A DNA stretch of 64,000 bases from the human T2T-CHM13v2.0 reference genome, Homo sapiens: the NCBI RefSeq assembly GCF_009914755.1, contig NC_060936.1. The stretch is one strand, 5' to 3'. Every line of letters starts with the position of its first letter. The stretch's first letter is position 1. Shown here piece by piece: positions 1 through 12,166 of this stretch. Under the pieces are notes generated by a model that worked only from the letters and a program-made list of their open reading frames with translations, was not told the DNA's origin and did not search any database. Made by a program: the position numbers and the translations under genes.

Positions 1-1039
1 CCAGCACGCTGTCACCTCTCAATAAGGTTATAGTGCAAAGCATTACTCACATGTTTGTGGTTATGCTGGTGTAAACAACCCTACAGCACTGCCAGCCCTA
101 TAAAAGCATTGTATACAACAATTATGTACAGTACTTAATACTCAAATATGATAATAAGTATGTTATAGGTTTGTGTATTTACTGCAGCATACTTTTTATT
201 GTTGTATTAGAGTATATTCCTACGTATAAAACATTAATGTATAACAGCTTCAGGTATATCCTCCAGGGGGTATTCCAGAAGAAGGCATTGTTACGATAGG
301 AGATGACGACTCCATGCTTGTTATTGCCCCTGAAAATCTTCCAGTAGAACAAGATGTGGAGGTGGAAGACAATGATATTGGTAATCCTGAACTTTTGTAG
401 GCTTAGGCTGATGGGCATATTTGTGTCTTTGTTTTTAACAAAAATTGCTTATAGAATAAGTATATAAAGAATAAATTACTTTTGTATGACTGAACAATGT
501 TGTGTTTTGAGCTATATGTTATTACATGAGTCAAAATATTCAAAAATTAAAATTTTGTAAAGTAAAATTTACAGTAAACTAATATCTACTTATTATTAAA
601 GGAGGAAACATTTAAAAAACAAATTTAGTATAGCCTAAGTGTACAGTGTTTATACAGTCTACAGTAGCGTATGGAAATGCCCTAAGCCTTCACATTAATC
701 TCTCACTCACTGACTCACTCAGAGCAACTTCCAGTCCTGCAATCTCCATTCATGTTAAGCGCCCTGTAACAGGAATACTGTTTTTTAAAAAATTTTTATA
801 CTATATTGTCATTGTATCTTTTCAATGTTTAGATATATTTAGATACACTTACTTATTATTATGTTATAATTGCCTACACTATTCAGTAGAGTAACATGCT
901 GTACAGGTTGTAGCCGTGGAACAATAGGTTATATCATCTAGGTTAGTGTAAATTTACTCTGTAAGGGTCACACAGTGATGAAATTGCCTAAGGATGCATT
1001 TCTGAGAATATATTCCCACTGTCAAGCAATGCATGACTG
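1..1039 (+). mobile_element. Tigger3-family (TcMar-Tigger) DNA transposon, left part outside the window
   Basis: Ends in the Tigger3 terminal sequence ...gcatttctgagaatatattcccactgtcaagcaatgcatgactg followed by TA (1040-1041). Internal motif ccagaagaaggcattgtta...cttccagtagaacaagatgtggaggtggaagac. Confidence 0.85.
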
Positions 1040-1482
1040 TAGCGCAAAAGGTACGTAAGACTAAGCAATCTCTACAACACCTTGCTATGTCCTCATCCTG
1101 AGTTCCAATTTTAGTGATTTTTGTACTTTCTTTTAGTTATCTCCATTTATCTTAATAATTGGCTTGTACTGCAGCACTTTTTAATTCTAAAAAATACCTA
1201 TTTGACTTTCTATTACAATGAGGAAAACTTATTATATTTGCATCTATTTCCCACCCATCTCATTTGATGTTCTGAAATTTGGCAATCATATGTTTGTACT
1301 TGGAATATGTGAGTGTTTGCATTTTCAGTAATTTTGTAAGAATCTCTCTTGGCCCCCAGTCTAGAGTATCTTGTTTCTTAGTTGGCAATAGTTTTTAAAA
1401 TATTATTATTTTATAATTTCCCCCTTCTTTTTCTCTTTTTTAAAAAATCTTAGAATTTGGATATTAAATCTTCTGGCCTGAT

Positions 1483-1494
1483 ACACGCACACAT

Positions 1495-1530
<36 letters not shown>

Positions 1531-1540
1531 AGACACACAC
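1483..1540. repeat. (CA)n microsatellite with a short (GA)n interruption
   Basis: Seen directly. Confidence 0.95.
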
Positions 1541-1971
1541 AAAGTTTTTATCTGCTCCATGAATTTTTCTTTTTTATTTTTACTTTTTATTTTTGGATTT
1601 TTGGTTTGGTTGCCATGTCCCAGTTTTGTGTGAGTAGCTTCCTTTGAATGTCTAATGATGATTTCCAGGCCCTTCACACTTAAGTGAAAATAACTAAAAA
1701 GCATTTAAGTAGATTCCTATCTGGTTATTTCCTGTGCCTGGTTGGCTTCCCTTTGCTAATGTATTTCAGCCACTTTTGTCTGTTCTTCTATTCTATTTTT
1801 CTTGTAAGTTTATCCTTTAAAGATTTATTTTAATGCCATTTAGTTTCAGGAGAAATAGAAATAATTTTACATGTTTAACTCACCACGTTTAACATGAAAG
1901 TCCCAAAGGATATTACAGCTTCATTTTACGCTATTTTTACACCTCTATTATTTTACAAAGAGTGTATATGA

Positions 1972-2064
1972 AGAAATACATATATATTTCTATATAAATA
2001 TAAATATATATTTCTACATAAATATAAATATATATTTCTATAGAAATATATATATATATATATA
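1972..2064. repeat. AT-rich degenerate tandem repeat ending in (TA)n
   Basis: Repeated atatatatttctatataaatataa-like units. Confidence 0.8.
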
Positions 2065-4272
2065 TCACTCTTTGCTCTGTTTATATTTTTACTATGGAGC
2101 CGATTATGCCATACTTTGCAATATACAAACAAGTATACTTGATTATATTTTGTCCTATTGAATCTCCTCTTTAGACAAAATTATATCTATTTCATTCTAG
2201 ACTCACTTAAAGAGATTAGTACAGATGTTAGCACACATAGGCATTCAAATGATAGATGAATTGATATGTGTTATAAAATACAGGAGAAGAAATGAATTAT
2301 ATGATTTCTTTTATAGAATAATTATCTCTAAATATATCACTTTGGAAAATCAGGTGTTAACGTTTTGGGGTTTTCCTAAAGAAGGTTATATTAACTGTGC
2401 TTTTATTATTTAACAACACAGTATAGGTTTCTTTTATAATTTCTTATTAGAATTTTTAAAAATATAAATACATTTTTGGGCACCTGAATGCCCCCTGATA
2501 TAAGCTAGGCTAAGCCGAGGCAGCTCATTTGGGACATCTTTGTTTTATATGTCTCTTATCATGTTCCTAGGATCATGGGTTAGCTAGTTCTGTTCTTAAT
2601 ACTGCATGTTTAGAAAGTTGTGGTACGTATTACTGTCTCATCCATAATTTATAAAATATATTTTCTTTATATAATTGGATTTTACATGTAAGTATTCTTA
2701 CATGTCTGTACATACAGTGGTATTAACGTGACCAAATAGAATGAAAAAAATTATTAGATGGTGAAAAAAACATATACATAAAAAATGATAAATAACATGA
2801 GGATTATTCTTCAAGACATTAATGTTTTCCACTTTTCAAATTCCTCATTATCATAGCATCTACAAAATATAAGATTCATGGACATTTTGAGTTTGGGCTA
2901 ATGGACTACCATTTATACTTGGCTGAAAATTTTTTTTATAAAAGTATTTTTTAAGTACCTTCACATTAGAATCATCAGCCAGGAAACGTGTTCTATAATT
3001 AGTATTCAGTTGAATTATAATCTACAAAAAAAATTACAAATGGAAGGGATCATCACCTAGGACAATCCACACATTTTTCAGTCAAAACAATTGGGATTCA
3101 GAAGCTGAGAGTTTAATCATTGTCAGGGCAAGAAGTAAACTTCTCCTCTTGAGTCACACAGAAGCATTTATTGCAGCCAGAACATATTCTATTAGAATTT
3201 TTTTTTAGTTTCAGTTTAAAATTGGGTTGACTTTTAATTATTAAAGCAATACATGTTTATTGTAGAAAATCTGAAAACTCTCAAAAATATTGAGGAGAAA
3301 AATTTAAGAGTTCATAATTAAAACATTTTGGTTTTTTCCAAATGCATCAAACCCTTATTTATATATAATTTGCAAAAAAAATTCCGTATAATGCACTGGG
3401 GAAACATTTCATACAAATAAATTCATTCATTAGTCAAAGTGCAGCGCAGGGAGATTCATTTACCAGAAAAACTAGAGGCTTAATATCTCTAAATTAGAAA
3501 ACATAAAAATTAAGTTTTGTTGTTCCAAAATATAGGCACAAGCTCCACTCAACTTATAGGGCCGGTGAAACTCATTAACAAAAATTTAAGGCCAACGGAT
3601 TATAAAGTAAGAGCAATTTTAAACTTCTTTTATTGTTTCTGATCCCCCATTCACTGAACATTGCATTTCATAAAAGACTTTAGTGCCTTTTATGGTAAGA
3701 ATGCTTTAACACAGATTTATTTGTAAGGCTTGTGGGGACTTATAAACATTATGTTTTAATTGTTGTTTTAAGACTGATGTATTATGGCTGCTGCTTTCCT
3801 CTGTTTTAGTTCAATAAATCTCCAAGTTCAAATTCCCCAGACTTGTGATTCACCATTTTAATACACAAACCACAATTTTTTCTCTCTGACTTTGTTTAGG
3901 AAGAAGGAACAAAGGCATGGCACATATTAAATAATTAAGGTTTTGAGGTGTTCAATGTATATTATAGATTTTTTAAAGCATTTTGAAATGTTAATACTGA
4001 TGAATCATGATTATGAAGACATATCATTTTAAACATTTAATTTTAGAAATCTTAACATTGTTTAGTATACTTTTCAATATTTTGTAGTGATTATTTTTAT
4101 ATGATTATTTCATACATATTAATATACTCATGAATATGCTAACAATTCATTTTTTAAAAATTTTAATGAATTAAAATGCTAACATGCTCAGTTGCTGGAT
4201 AACAACAAAGCTGAATTTATAATATCTTGATAAATTGAAGTTAGAGCATGGAATAAATTTCACATGCTGATG

Positions 4273-4306
4273 TTTATTGACATATAATTTTTATTGACAT
4301 ATAATT
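4273..4306. repeat. Perfect 17-bp tandem duplication tttattgacatataatt x2
   Basis: Copies at 4273-4289 and 4290-4306. Confidence 0.9.
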
Positions 4307-4658
4307 CTCCTCTGACTCTCTTAAACCCATACAATTTGTCCAACTATTTTCATTATTAGTATTGATTCCAATTCAATAAAAATAAATTGGAAGGCAGTTT
4401 GGTTTTAATGTAGCACTTTGAGTGTAACACTATTTTGAGATATATCATGAAACCGTAACAAGTTGTGTGCAATGCAACATTTCATCTTAATTCATCTGGC
4501 TTTATTAAAAGAGCATATATTTATTAATATCATGCTTTATGCCTAGTACATACTTATAGATGTGTGATCATGAAGCAATCATAGATTTTGGTATTGAAAA
4601 AATAAATCAGACATATAAGGGAAATATTTTAAAACCTAAAACTGACAACTAATTATTT

Positions 4659-4978
<320 letters not shown>

Positions 4979-6357
4979 GACAACTAATTATTTAGCTGAA
5001 TTAAAAAGCAATTATCTGGTTTATCGCATGGAAAGCTCGCTTTGTGCATGCAAAATCCTCTGAGTAGAACTATAGGGCTTGGTCAAATAAACATCTTTAG
5101 GTAAAAGGCATTGGTAACTATGAATTGACACTCCCGGTTCATGGAAACGATTCTTCAGCAAAGTCAATCACCACAGTAAAATGACTAATTGATCTAACTA
5201 CTTGAATCCATAAGATTATCAAGAGGGTGTGAATTTCCCACTAGTAAATTATGTAAAATATGACCTTTGGAAATTCAGAACTCTATCTAGATGGTTTCTT
5301 ACCTCCCTCTTAGCTTCAAAATGACGTTTTAAGTTTTTTAGTGAATGAGTTGTCTTTGCTTCCCAAAAGAATTGCTCATAATTTATATTGTAAGTATGGA
5401 AAAAAAGACTTTTCCATTTCAACGGAAAAGAAAATTAACTGATATTGTGGGAATGTTAATTTATTTTTAGGATGAAAATAATTTTTGAAATCATGCAACT
5501 CATTAAAGGCAGCCCCAAATAATGTGTTATTAAGCGAAGTTTCCTGGTCTTTTTCACACTTCTTTATTACTTTGACAGTCTTCGGAAGGTTAGATGCGTT
5601 CATGCCTGCAGCTTTACATGGAATTCCCTTCATTTATTTGAGCCTCCTGCAACTTCTTTTGTAAATCATAATTCAAGTCCAGTTAAAAAAACAAACTTAG
5701 ATGATCTAACACCATGTGGCTTAAAATAGTGAAAAACAATCCTCCAGTACATTGGTACATATGACATTCTGGTTTGGGCCACCACAAAGGCCTTCAAACA
5801 GAATGAAACATAAATCAGTGCAAGCTGTGGAAACAATAGCTTTCCAAATATTGTACTCTAGTGTCGACATCGTGCCACAACACAAAAACATAACAGAGTT
5901 TGAATTAGACCACACTCAGAATTTCAAAGGAAAATATACATTTCTGCACAGCACAGATGCCCTCTCTTTCTTTCTGGTATACACACATCTGTTGCAATTC
6001 TGAAACAGGTCTGTAGCATAATGATGGCATCACCATTAACTGATTTCAATCATGTTTCACTAAATGGAAATATTAGAAGAATTTCTGAAGCGCTTTTTTT
6101 CTGAGACTTGTTTCTTAGTGAAGTCTTACTATTCTAATATTTACAAAGGGCCAATTAAAAACATATTATGACTAAGGCTTTCTCTTGATAATCTACAGTG
6201 GCAATTATGCCCAAAATACATAAACAAAAATGATTTTTATACATGGCGTTCTATAGTAGTTAACATATTTATATTTCTAACCCAAGATAACTTAATAATA
6301 TTGTAGATGCGCTGCTCTAAAACCTGAACCATGGTAAGATAAGAAATCAACCTTGCT

Positions 6358-6628
6358 CTGTTGGTGTGCTGCACCCATCAACTCGTCATTTAACATGTAT
6401 ACATATGTAACTAACATGCACGTTGTGCACATGTACCCTAAAACCTAAAGTACAAAAAAAAAGAAACATAAAGAGAAAATTGCTTTTCAAAATTGTAATA
6501 AAAGAAAGAAAAGATGTGCACGGGCTGTTAACAGAGGATTCCTTGGTGCAGTGGGACGAGGATGGGGTAATTAACTTTCTCAACACATCTCCCAAATGTT
6601 CAAAAATGTATAATAAAGAAAATAAAAA
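6358..6628 (+). mobile_element. Very short L1PA (about PA3-4) 3' end with 5' inversion and ~160-bp 3' transduction
   Basis: 17-bp TSD aagaaatcaaccttgct at 6341-6357 and 6629-6645. Antisense L1 3'UTR at 6358-6396, sense L1 3' end at 6393-6452, A tract at 6454-6462, then non-L1 sequence, AATAAA at 6612 and a second A-rich tail. Confidence 0.9.
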
Positions 6629-6666
6629 AAGAAATCAACCTTGCTGTACTTAAGAGACCTCACATA

Positions 6667-6807
6667 TTTTAGTTATCATATTTTATGTTTTACCAACCAC
6701 TTAAGTAGACTTATGATAAAAATGTACACATACACATTTTAGTTATCATATTTTATGTTTTTACCAACCACTTAAGCAGCCTTATGATAAAAATGTACAC
6801 ACACATA
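6667..6807. repeat. ~70-bp tandem duplication (2 copies, few differences)
   Basis: ttttagttatcatattttatgtttt(t)accaaccacttaag...ttatgataaaaatgtacaca at 6667 and 6737. Confidence 0.92.
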
Positions 6808-6812
6808 TACAT

Positions 6813-6813
6813 A

Positions 6814-6845
<32 letters not shown>
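6813..6845. repeat. (TG)n(TA)n microsatellite
   Basis: Seen directly. Confidence 0.9.
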
Positions 6846-7250
6846 CAAAGAGAGAGTTAGAGACAGTCAGACAAGAGAGAGAGACATCCGGAGCTACAGT
6901 TAAACTGGATGATCAATTTATTCCCCAATATTTGGAGAAGCACGAAGTTTGGTGGAAAGACGGTAACTCCAAAATGGGGAACTAAAGAAGCATATGGACC
7001 TTTATATACATCGTTATCTTTTAACTTTTCATTTTCATTACATGTATGCCTCCAGCAGTTTTATTTAACTATGCCTCTTATAATTCCTATTTATTAAAGT
7101 TGACTTTAGATGCATACTACTGTGTGCTTGTTTTTACTGTGGGACAAGAAAGCCAGAAAAAATTGGGCTGTGACTCAGTGTTCCCCTAAAGATTGCCCCA
7201 GTGATGAGTGGTACAATGGGAAGAGACGTGAGAATTTTTCATCTGAACTT

Positions 7251-7254
<4 letters not shown>

Positions 7255-7324
<70 letters not shown>
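7255..7324. repeat. (TA)n(CA)n compound microsatellite
   Basis: Seen directly. Confidence 0.95.
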
Positions 7325-7354
7325 GTGTATATCTATATTTAGCAAATAGTAATC

Positions 7355-7520
7355 AAAATTTATTGCATGCTTATCATGCTCCAGGCACCAGGCTAAGAGC
7401 TTTATATATACATCTTAATTAATTTTTGAAGAAGCTCTGAAAAGTTAATAACATTAAAAACTCATTTTACAGATGAGTAAATCAAAGCACAAATAGTTTA
7501 CCCAAAATTATACATGCATA
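7355..7520 (-). mobile_element. MIR SINE (degenerate)
   Basis: atttattg...ccaggcacc..gctaagagcttta...cattttacagatgagtaaa MIR core motifs. Confidence 0.65.
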
Positions 7521-8029
7521 GAAATTATAATTAGTAATTAATGGACCCCGGTGTTTGCTTTTTAAACTACCATGTTTTAAACTGTGAGAAAGAATAATTT
7601 GCTTAAATAATTTTTAAGTTTGATGTAATCAACAGACACTACCTCCTAATAACGTATACTTCTGTATTATCAAGGCTATAAGTGACAAAAATCACTTGGA
7701 GCTACATAGAATGTTTATAACAGTGGCACAGGAGGTATCTCATGCAACTCAAGCCATAGAAATAGACTAGAAACAGAGTCTGAAGTGCAGAGCTTCGAAT
7801 AGAAAGAAAGACACAAATAATTAAAAGCACAGAGTAGAAAATTGTTGCTAACAAATTACATTTTATTACCACTCAGAGACGAGATATGAATTCTTTCTGA
7901 CCTACTTTTTGGAAACTCTGGCAAAAAGAGTCAAGGTGATATTGGCAGGGCTGGTATCTGTGAGATGAGATTTGTGATAGAAGATGCAGATATGTCAGGG
8001 AAGACCTCAGAGCAGAGAAAATTTTACAA

Positions 8030-8076
8030 CCATTTCCAAGATTTACTTTACATCCATTTCCAAGATTTACTTTACA
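8030..8076. repeat. 24-bp-period tandem duplication ccatttccaagatttactttaca x2
   Basis: Identical copies at 8030-8052 and 8054-8076. Confidence 0.9.
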
Positions 8077-8334
8077 AAGATTCTTGCCAGACCCTTATGG
8101 AAGTCCTGGCCCCGCAAGAACCTGCACATTTGCAGGGGAGAGTGTTGCCTCCCTAGGACATCATGGAAGCACATCAGAAATAGGTCAAGAGCAACTGAAA
8201 GGGCCAGAAGCACAGCTGAGGGCAAGTGTTATGGAACAGGATATAAACAGAACATAATATGACTGTGGACATAAACAGCAGATGAAGTGGGAACAAAATT
8301 GTCTCAAATCCTTTTAATTTTTTATGTCTTTCTT

Positions 8335-8800
8335 TTTATCAATTTGTTCAATGGGCATTTACTGAACATATACTATGTGCTGCACACTATTCTAGATGCT
8401 ATGGATACAGCAAAATATAGAATGAAATTCTTGGCCTTCATGGAAATTACATCTTTGGGGGGAGACTTACAATAAACAAAGAAGTAAATAGATAAATTGC
8501 CAGATATCATTAAGTACTTATTGGCAAAAATGGCTGAGGGAGGGAGCATTTGCTCCTGTATCCTATAGTCTGTCCAGGGAAGGACTCTCTAATACAATGC
8601 CAACTGAGAACAAACCTAAGGGTAGTGAGAGAGCACCTTACATTATATCTGGCATAGGAAGCATGAAAACAGCAAGTGCAAAGGCCCCATAGGAGAAGTA
8701 TGCCTGGGGTGTACTAACTTTAGCAATGAGGCCAATGTGGCTAGAGTCAAGGAGGGGAAGGGTGGTGGGAGGAGGATCCAATAGGATCACTGGAAGCCAG
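8335..8800 (-). mobile_element. L2 LINE 3' fragment
   Basis: ttcaa..catttactgaacatatactatgtgc...gatacagc...gccttcatgga...gtgcaaaggccc...gaggccaatgtggctagagt, typical antisense L2 3' end. Confidence 0.7.
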
Positions 8801-9088
8801 TGAGCAAAAATAAAACCGCACATATCCTATTTATTCTGGTATTATGTAGGCAACCCCTATGTTGAAATATCATTTGGAAAGAAGATAAAAAGGATGGAAT
8901 GGCAGGAAAATTTTGATTGAGCAGTTAACAATAAAGATTAAATTTCCAAAAAGATGTTGCTCTGAATAACATTGAATTGGCTAGATTATGACTATCTAGT
9001 AAATACGGCCTATAGCAGAGACCAAATTACTTAGGAAGAAATTCTATAAAGGTTTGCAGGATATATATATACACATATATATAAAAAC
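8636..9088. repeat. Direct repeat copy 1 (~450 bp); copy 2 at 9451-9894
   Basis: Colinear by eye. I counted 24 mismatches in the 180 bp from 8881 to 9060, and the first half is somewhat more diverged. Confidence 0.93.
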
Positions 9089-9443
9089 TGTATTACTCCA
9101 TTTTCATGCTGCTAATAAAGACATCCAAAGACTGGGTAATTTATACAGGAAAGAGATTTAATGGACTCACAGTTCCACATGGCTGGGGAGGCCTCACAAT
9201 AATGGCAGAGACAAGGAGGAGCAAGTCACGTCTTAAATGGATGGCAGCAGGCAAAAAGAGAGATCGTGCAAGGAAACTCCCCTTTATAAAACCATCAGAT
9301 CTTGTGAGACTTATTCACTATCAAGAGAACAGCACAGGAAAGACCCACCCCCATGATTCAATTACCTCCTACAACCCATGGGAATTAAGGGAGCTACAAT
9401 TCAAGATGAGATTTGGGTGGGGATACAGAGCCAAACCATATCA
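9089..9443 (-). mobile_element. THE1B (MaLR) LTR
   Basis: tgtattactccattttcatgctgct...caaggaggagcaagtcac...gagatttgggtggggatacagagccaaaccatatca, with TG...CA ends. Confidence 0.92.
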
Positions 9444-9450
9444 TTCTGCC

Positions 9451-9894
9451 ACTTACATGTATACCTGGCATAGGAAGTATGAAAAGAGCAAATCCAAAAG
9501 TCCCATAGGAGAAATATGCCTAGAGTGTACAAACATTAGCAATGAGTCCATTATGGCTAGAGTGAAGGAGGGGAAGAGTGGAAGGAGGAAAGGTCTAATA
9601 GGGTCATTGGAGGCCAGTGAGCAGAAATAAAACTGCACGTATTGTATATATCCTGGTATTATGTAGACCACCCTTATATCCAAATATCATTTGGAAAGAA
9701 GATAAAAAGGACGAAATGGCAGGAAAATATTGATTGAGCAGTTAGCAATGAAGATTAAGCTTCCAAAAAGATGTAGCTCTGAATAACATTGAATTGGCTA
9801 TATTATGATTATCTAGTAAATAGGGCCCATAGAATAGATTGAATTAATTAGGAAGGAATATTGAAAATGTTTGCAGGTTTTTAAATATGTAAAC
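9451..9894. repeat. Direct repeat copy 2 of 8636-9088
   Basis: cttacat.tata.ctggcataggaag through gtttgcagg...aaac. Confidence 0.93.
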
Positions 9895-10981
9895 TAAAAT
9901 GTTTACACTGAAAACCAATGTGAATCATCAAATAATGAAAAAGTAATATCAATTTGTAGAGCTTTATGAGAGAAAACATTATATTTCACAGGCAATGATT
10001 AGAATCTAATATATTCATTTATTTTTTGAACTGCCATCAATAGAGATTAAAGGCTAATCATCCTTAAGGCACTTTGGCAATCTAAAGAAAAAAATTACTT
10101 AAATAAGACAAACTTTAAGACAATGAAAACATTGAATAACCTAACTATGGACTGTTTAATGAGAGAGATTAGAAACAGGTTTTTTTAAAAAGTTACTAAA
10201 AAGCTTTGGCAAAAATACGTGTCATAGAAATATGACATAAAAGAATATCTAGGCAAAAATATTTAAATAGCAAAGGGTTTTATAGGAGCATTTTAAACAA
10301 ACAATTTTGTATAGTTAACCAGATAAATTTCTACAAGTGCTAATTTGCATCTTGTAAATAGTAAGGAGATTCTTTATTTAACTTTTACCATTATTTTATG
10401 TGTTGGTTTTATTTTCTAAAAATGTCTAAGCTTGATTTAGTTGGGTCTTTACTGAGTGACAGGGAGCAGAATTTTCATCTATGCCAAGGGATGCCTAATT
10501 CCTCACTATGTAAACAGAAGAATAACAGATAAGTAAATAGTTTTTCAGAAACAAACAAGTAGTATTTGCACTTGTCATTGTGACTTGAAATTTAGAATAC
10601 TCGTTTAGGACACTAATCCTTTTTCTAGCTTTTTATAGAATGCTACTAATAAAATAATATCCATTGGTTAATCTCATGTAAAATTTACTTTTTCTTGCAC
10701 ACTGTTCTGAGTCACATAATATAATGGGTTTTATTTGGTCATGAGGAGGCAGGGCTAATCCATTTTTATAATGGAATAATAAACAAGGAATTTATGTTTG
10801 GGTAGCAGCAGTATTTTTATATATGGATGATTGATGCAGTTAGTAGTTTGTGGTGGTAGTTGATTAGTAATTTCTCTCTCGTCTTTTTCCCCCAGAAATT
10901 AAAACAATCTCTTGTATGCTTAGGGAGTTAAAAAATTTGCAAAGGTATTTAGAGTGAATTTATTGATGGACAAAGATTATC

Positions 10982-11040
10982 TGGATGGATTCATACATGG
11001 ATAAATGGATGAGTGGATGGATGGATGGTAGATTGATAAA
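10982..11040. repeat. Degenerate (TGGA)n
   Basis: Seen directly. Confidence 0.8.
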
Positions 11041-12000
11041 TAGGTGAGAAATGCAATCTACTCCAAAAAGTTTATGCCCTTCCCCTGGAAAGGCTACATT
11101 TTCTTTCTTGTTCCTGGTAGACATTAGGATAATGAAAATCTGTGAGAAGTAAGAAAAAGATTACTGCACGTAGTGTCTGTGGCAGTGAAACAAAGTAGGT
11201 CATAAGGGTCACCAAAAAAAAAAAAGAGAGAGAGAGAGAAAAGAAAAGAAAGAAAGAAATTAGGTTGTCAGGCAGACTTTTCCAGTTTTGGCTTTGATGC
11301 AGGACTTCTCCAAACAGCAGTGGGAATAGAGCAATCAATCTCAGCAGGTGGAAGTGTCAAATGGAAACATTTTGATGAATGGAGTTGGCAGAAATATAGC
11401 AGAAGAATTCTCTGGGTCAGTCAAGCTATTTTGCACTTACATACATTAGACAAAGCTGGTTTCACCCTCATCAACCCAGAATAGAAGAGACAAATGGGGT
11501 TACCTATTTCCTGATAAATCCTTTTAGGTAAGTTTATAAAAGAAATATTGATAGTGCTGGATGAAATCAAAAGTCATCAAGGGAGATTGACCAGAAAAAA
11601 AAAAATATATATATATATATGATTGCATTTAATGGTTATTCTAGGCTCTCCCAGCTTGAGGGAAACGGTTATATTTTACACCTCTAATACTATACTAATT
11701 TTATGATTTATCAATTAAGCCATAATATAAAGGGAAATTTGAGTTGCAAATGGTGCATTTTTTATTTCACAGATTGAGAAAATTGGGTGATTCATAATCT
11801 ATGAAAAAGAGGGCTCCAAAAAAGTAAAGATATTTCAGATCAAATTAGGAAAAATATGTAAATAAATAAATAGCAAATGCTAGACATAAAATTTAGTTGA
11901 ATACTAGACACATGGAAATTCTTTTGTTTTATATTGTATGGGACAAAGACCATTTCAGTACTTAAAAATATATCAAATTGTAGTTGTGTTCAACTGTGAT

Positions 12001-12117
12001 AACTAGTACACACTCACAGCTACTCACATAACTCACAGTTATGTAAGTGTGTACTAGTTCAGCTGATGAATTGTCAGCTGAACTGCTGTTCTCAACCGTT
12101 CAGCTGATGAATTGTCA
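12001..12117. repeat. Cluster of short inverted and direct repeats (two hairpins plus a 20-bp direct repeat)
   Basis: aactagtacacact 12001-12014 pairs with agtgtgtactagtt 12046-12059. agttcagctga 12056-12066 pairs with tcagctgaact 12074-12084. gttcagctgatgaattgtca occurs at 12057 and 12098. Confidence 0.88.
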
Positions 12118-12142
12118 TCTGGGAGACAAAACTCATTATTTC

Positions 12143-12166
12143 TTTGTTGTTGTTGTTGTTGTTGTT
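12143..12166. repeat. (TTG)n microsatellite
   Basis: Seen directly. Confidence 0.9.

Noticed and set aside
6594-6622. Similarity between the ends of the two transduced segments (aaaaatgtat..aataaagaaaa, also at 50180-50208), suggesting one source
   Set aside because: The match is short, AT-rich and centred on the poly(A) signal. The rest of the two cargoes is unrelated.
6667-8076. Short direct repeats as a CRISPR-like array
   Set aside because: Only two adjacent copies each, no spacers, and a primate genomic context.
9106-9630. 174-aa ORF, the longest in the track
   Set aside because: It reads through the THE1B LTR into duplicated L2-derived sequence, a typical repeat translation.
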